Positions 60,070-64,000 of a stretch of 64,000 nucleotides of DNA are shown here, one piece after another. Position numbers and translations under genes: made by a program. Every line of letters starts with the position of its first letter. Within the stretch, counting starts at the first letter, position 1. This DNA is from Eledone cirrhosa (lineage: Eukaryota): the NCBI GenBank assembly GCA_964016885.1, contig OZ024748.1, forward strand, positions 9,114,001 through 9,178,000, read 5' to 3'. Below the pieces are notes generated by a model. That model was not told the origin of the DNA. It did no database searches and saw only the letters and a list, made by a program, of their open reading frames with translations.

Positions 60070-62805
60070 AGATATTATATAACTGTGATATTATATACTG
60101 TGATATTATATACTGTGATATTATATACTGTGATATTATAGACTGTGATATTATATAACTGTGATATTATATACTGTGATATTATATACTGTGATATTAT
60201 AGACTGTGATATTATATAACTGTGATATTATATACTGTGATATTATATACTGTGATATTATATACTGTGATATTATATACTGTGATAATATATACTGTGA
60301 TATTATAGACTGTGATATTATATACTGTGATATTATATACTGTGATATTATATAACTGTGATATTATATACTGTGATATTATAGACTGTGATATTATAGA
60401 CTGTGATATTATATAACTGTGATATTATATACTGTGATATTATATACTGTGATATTATATACTGTGATATTATATACTGTGATATTATATAACTGTAATA
60501 TTATAGACTGTGATATTATAGACTGTGATATTATATAACTGTGATATTATAGACTGTGATATTATATAACTGTAATATTATAGACTGTGATATTATAGAC
60601 TGTGATATTATAGACTGTGATATTATATACTGTGATATTATATAACTGTGATATTATAGACTGTGATATTATAGACTGTGGTATTCTATACTGTGATATT
60701 ATATACTGTGATATTATATAACTGTAATATTATATACTGTGATATTATATGCTGTGATATTATATACTGTGATATTATAGACTGTGATATTATATAACTG
60801 TGATATTATATACTGTGATATTATAGACTGTGATATTATATAACTGTGATATTATATACTGTGATATTATAGACTGTGATATTATATAATGTGATATTAT
60901 ATAACTGTGATATTATAGACTGTGATATTATATACTGTGATATTATATACTGTGATATTATATACTGTGATATTAATATACTGTGATATTATATAACTGT
61001 GATATTATATGCTGTGATATTATATAACTGTGATTTTATATACTGTGATATTATATAACTGTGATATTATATACTGTGATATTATAGACTGTGGTATTAT
61101 ATACTGTGATATTATATACTGTGATATTATAGACTGTGATATTATATACTGTGATATTATATACTGTGATATTATAGACTGTGGTATTATATACTGTGAT
61201 ATTATATAACTGTGATATTATATACTGTGATATTATATACTGTGATATTATATACTGTGATATTAATATACTGTGATATTATATAACTGTGATATTATAT
61301 GCTGTGATATTATATAACTGTGATATTATATACTGTGATATTATATAACTGTGATATTATATACTGTGATATTATAGACTGTGGTATTATATACTGTGAT
61401 ATTATATAACTGTAATATTATAGACTGTGATATTATATACTGTGATATTATATACTGTGATATTATAGACTGTGGTATTATATACTGTGATATTATATAA
61501 CTGTGATATTATATACTGTGATATTATATACTGTGATATTATATACTGTGATATTAATATACTGTGATATTATATAACTGTGATATTATATGCTGTGATA
61601 TTATATAACTGTGATATTATATACTGTGATATTATATAACTGTGATATTATATACTGTAATATTATATACTGTGATATTATATACTGTGATATTATATAC
61701 TGTGATATTATATGCTGTGATATTATATACTGTGATATTATATACTGTGATATTATATACTGTGATATTATATAACTGTGATATTATATACTGTAATATT
61801 ATATACTGTGATATTATATACTGTGATATTATATACTGTGATATTATATGCTGTGATATTATATACTGTGATATTATATACTGTGATATTATATACTGTG
61901 ATATTATATAACTGTGATATTATATAACTGTGATATTATATGCTGTGATATTATATAACTGTGATATTATATACTGTGATATTATATAACTGTGATATTA
62001 TATACTGTAATATTATATACTGTGATATTATATACTGTGATATTATATACTGTGATATTATATACTGTAATATTATATACTGTGATATTATATAACTGAT
62101 ATTTATATAACTGTGATATTATATACTGTGATATTATATAACTGTGATATTATATACTGTAATATTATATACTGTGATATTATATACTGTGATATTAATA
62201 TACTGTGATATTATATACTGTGATATTATATAACTGTGATATTATATAACTGTGATATTATATAACTGTGATATTATATACTGTGATATTATATACTGTG
62301 ATATTATATACTGTGATATTATATAACTGATATTTATATAACTGTGATCTTATATAACTGATTTTATATACTGTGATATTATATAACTGATATTTATATA
62401 ACTGCGATAGTATATACTGTGATATGATATAACTGTGTGATATATACTGTGATATGATATAGCTGTGTGATATATACTGTGATATGATATAACTGTGTGA
62501 TATATACTGTGATATGATATAGCTGTGTGATATATACTGTGATATGATATAGCTGTGTGATATATACTGTGATATGATATAACTGTGTGATATATACTGT
62601 GATATGATATAACTGTGTGATATATACTGTGATATGATATAACTGTGTGATATATACTGTGATATGATATAGCTGTGTGATATATACTGTGATATGATAT
62701 AACTGTGTGATATATACTGTGATATGATATAACTGTGTGATATATACTGTGATATGATTAACTGTGTGATATATACTGTGATATTATATACTGTGTGATA
62801 TATAC
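60070..62805. repeat. 15/17-bp minisatellite (CTGTGATATTATA[T/G]A), changing to a 30-bp derived unit at ~62410-62780
   Basis: Direct periodicity. Confidence 0.97.
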
Positions 62806-63840
62806 TACTTATGTTGTTGTTGTTGTTGTGGTGGTTGCTTTCTCTTCTATAAAACATTGTATGATGACAAAACGTAGATGATTGCTTGCTACTATAACCA
62901 TACACACATACACACACACACACACACACATGCACACACAGACACACACACACACATACAAACACAGACACACACACATATATATGTGTGTGTGCGTGTG
63001 TTTATATATATATATAAATATATATGTATATAAGTATGTGATTGTATACGGGTATGTGTACGTGTGTGTATGCGCGTGCGTGTACGTGTGTGCATACGTG
63101 TGTATGTGTGTGTGTGTATACGTGTGTATGTGTGTATACGTGTGTATGTGTGCGTATGTGTGTGTATACGTGTGTATGTGTGCGTATGTGTGTATACGTG
63201 TGTGTATGTGTGTATACGTGTGTATGTGTGCGTATGTGTGTGTATACGTGTGTGTATGTGTGTATACGTGTGTATGTGTGCGTATGTGTGTGTATACGTG
63301 TGTATGTGTGTATACGTGTGTGTATGTGTGTGTGTCTATGTATGTCTGTGTAATGGTGGAAGAAGTCGGGTGGGTGTAGAATATATTTGACCTGTATTTT
63401 CAGGATTAAATATGTCAATGTAAAGAAAGTAGGTCAGTACCTCTTAATGTAACCAGATTGTCACAGCAACTGTGAGACAAGTGGTTCCGCCCAAAATCGC
63501 TGGGTGAGAGAATTCTGCCAACAAGGTCAACCCAACTATTTTAGCCCATCCTGTCACATCCTAACACATTCCTTAGCTATCCTGTTCGACTGGATTTTTT
63601 TGTCTTTTTTTAAACACCTATTTTTCCTCTTTGGTTTTTGTTTTTTTCGATTTTCGTTTTTTTTTGCGCTGTTTATTTATCTCAGCGGCAATCAAATCCA
63701 AGCCGCCGCATTTTCTCATTTTTTTCTTAATTTTTTCCAAGAGGTGGGGTCGGGGCAACTATCTTGTGTTTGTAAACACTGGTTTTACTGTAAGGTTGTT
63801 GTTGTTTTAATAATATATATACATATATAAATATGTATAT

Positions 63841-63900
<60 letters not shown>

Positions 63901-63904
<4 letters not shown>

Positions 63905-64000
63905 AAAATGTTTAACCCCGACGGCAGAGCTCAAGCCGTTTCGAAGGCTATTTCAGAAATAAGTATTGAGTACTCTGGTGCGTTATGGTCCATCTGGTTC
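63901..64000 (+). mobile_element. Family A element, copy 4, right arm deleted, cut by the window end
   Basis: Left arm plus loop TATTTCAGAAATA joined directly to AGTATTGAGTACTCTGG. Confidence 0.85.

Overview
AT-rich eukaryotic non-coding DNA, probably cephalopod (Octopus-like; inferred from the SINE families and the extreme (TA)n/(CA)n/(GA)n/(ACC)n density). I cannot support any intact host gene, and almost every ORF in the supplied track is a translated microsatellite. The window holds many mini/microsatellites, an interstitial (CCCTAA)9 tract, tRNA-derived SINE fragments, 3' fragments of Tx1/L1-clade and RTE-clade LINEs, and decayed Penelope-like element (PLE) RT/GIY-YIG coding remnants. 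The main signal is a set of at least six sequence-unrelated short elements sitting in (TA)n arrays. They share one architecture: a long DNA palindrome centred on or just upstream of a type I hammerhead ribozyme (CTGAnGA...GAAA...NTH), then a conserved bulged hairpin (ACTC-stem/loop-stem-NN-GAGT-RCT), then a short tail and (TA)n. A separate ~576-bp-period element, with three diverged copies here, carries a covarying three-way-junction RNA ending in CTGATGA that fits no ribozyme class I can name. All RNA structures were folded by eye and all protein matches come from recalled consensus motifs; no searches were run.
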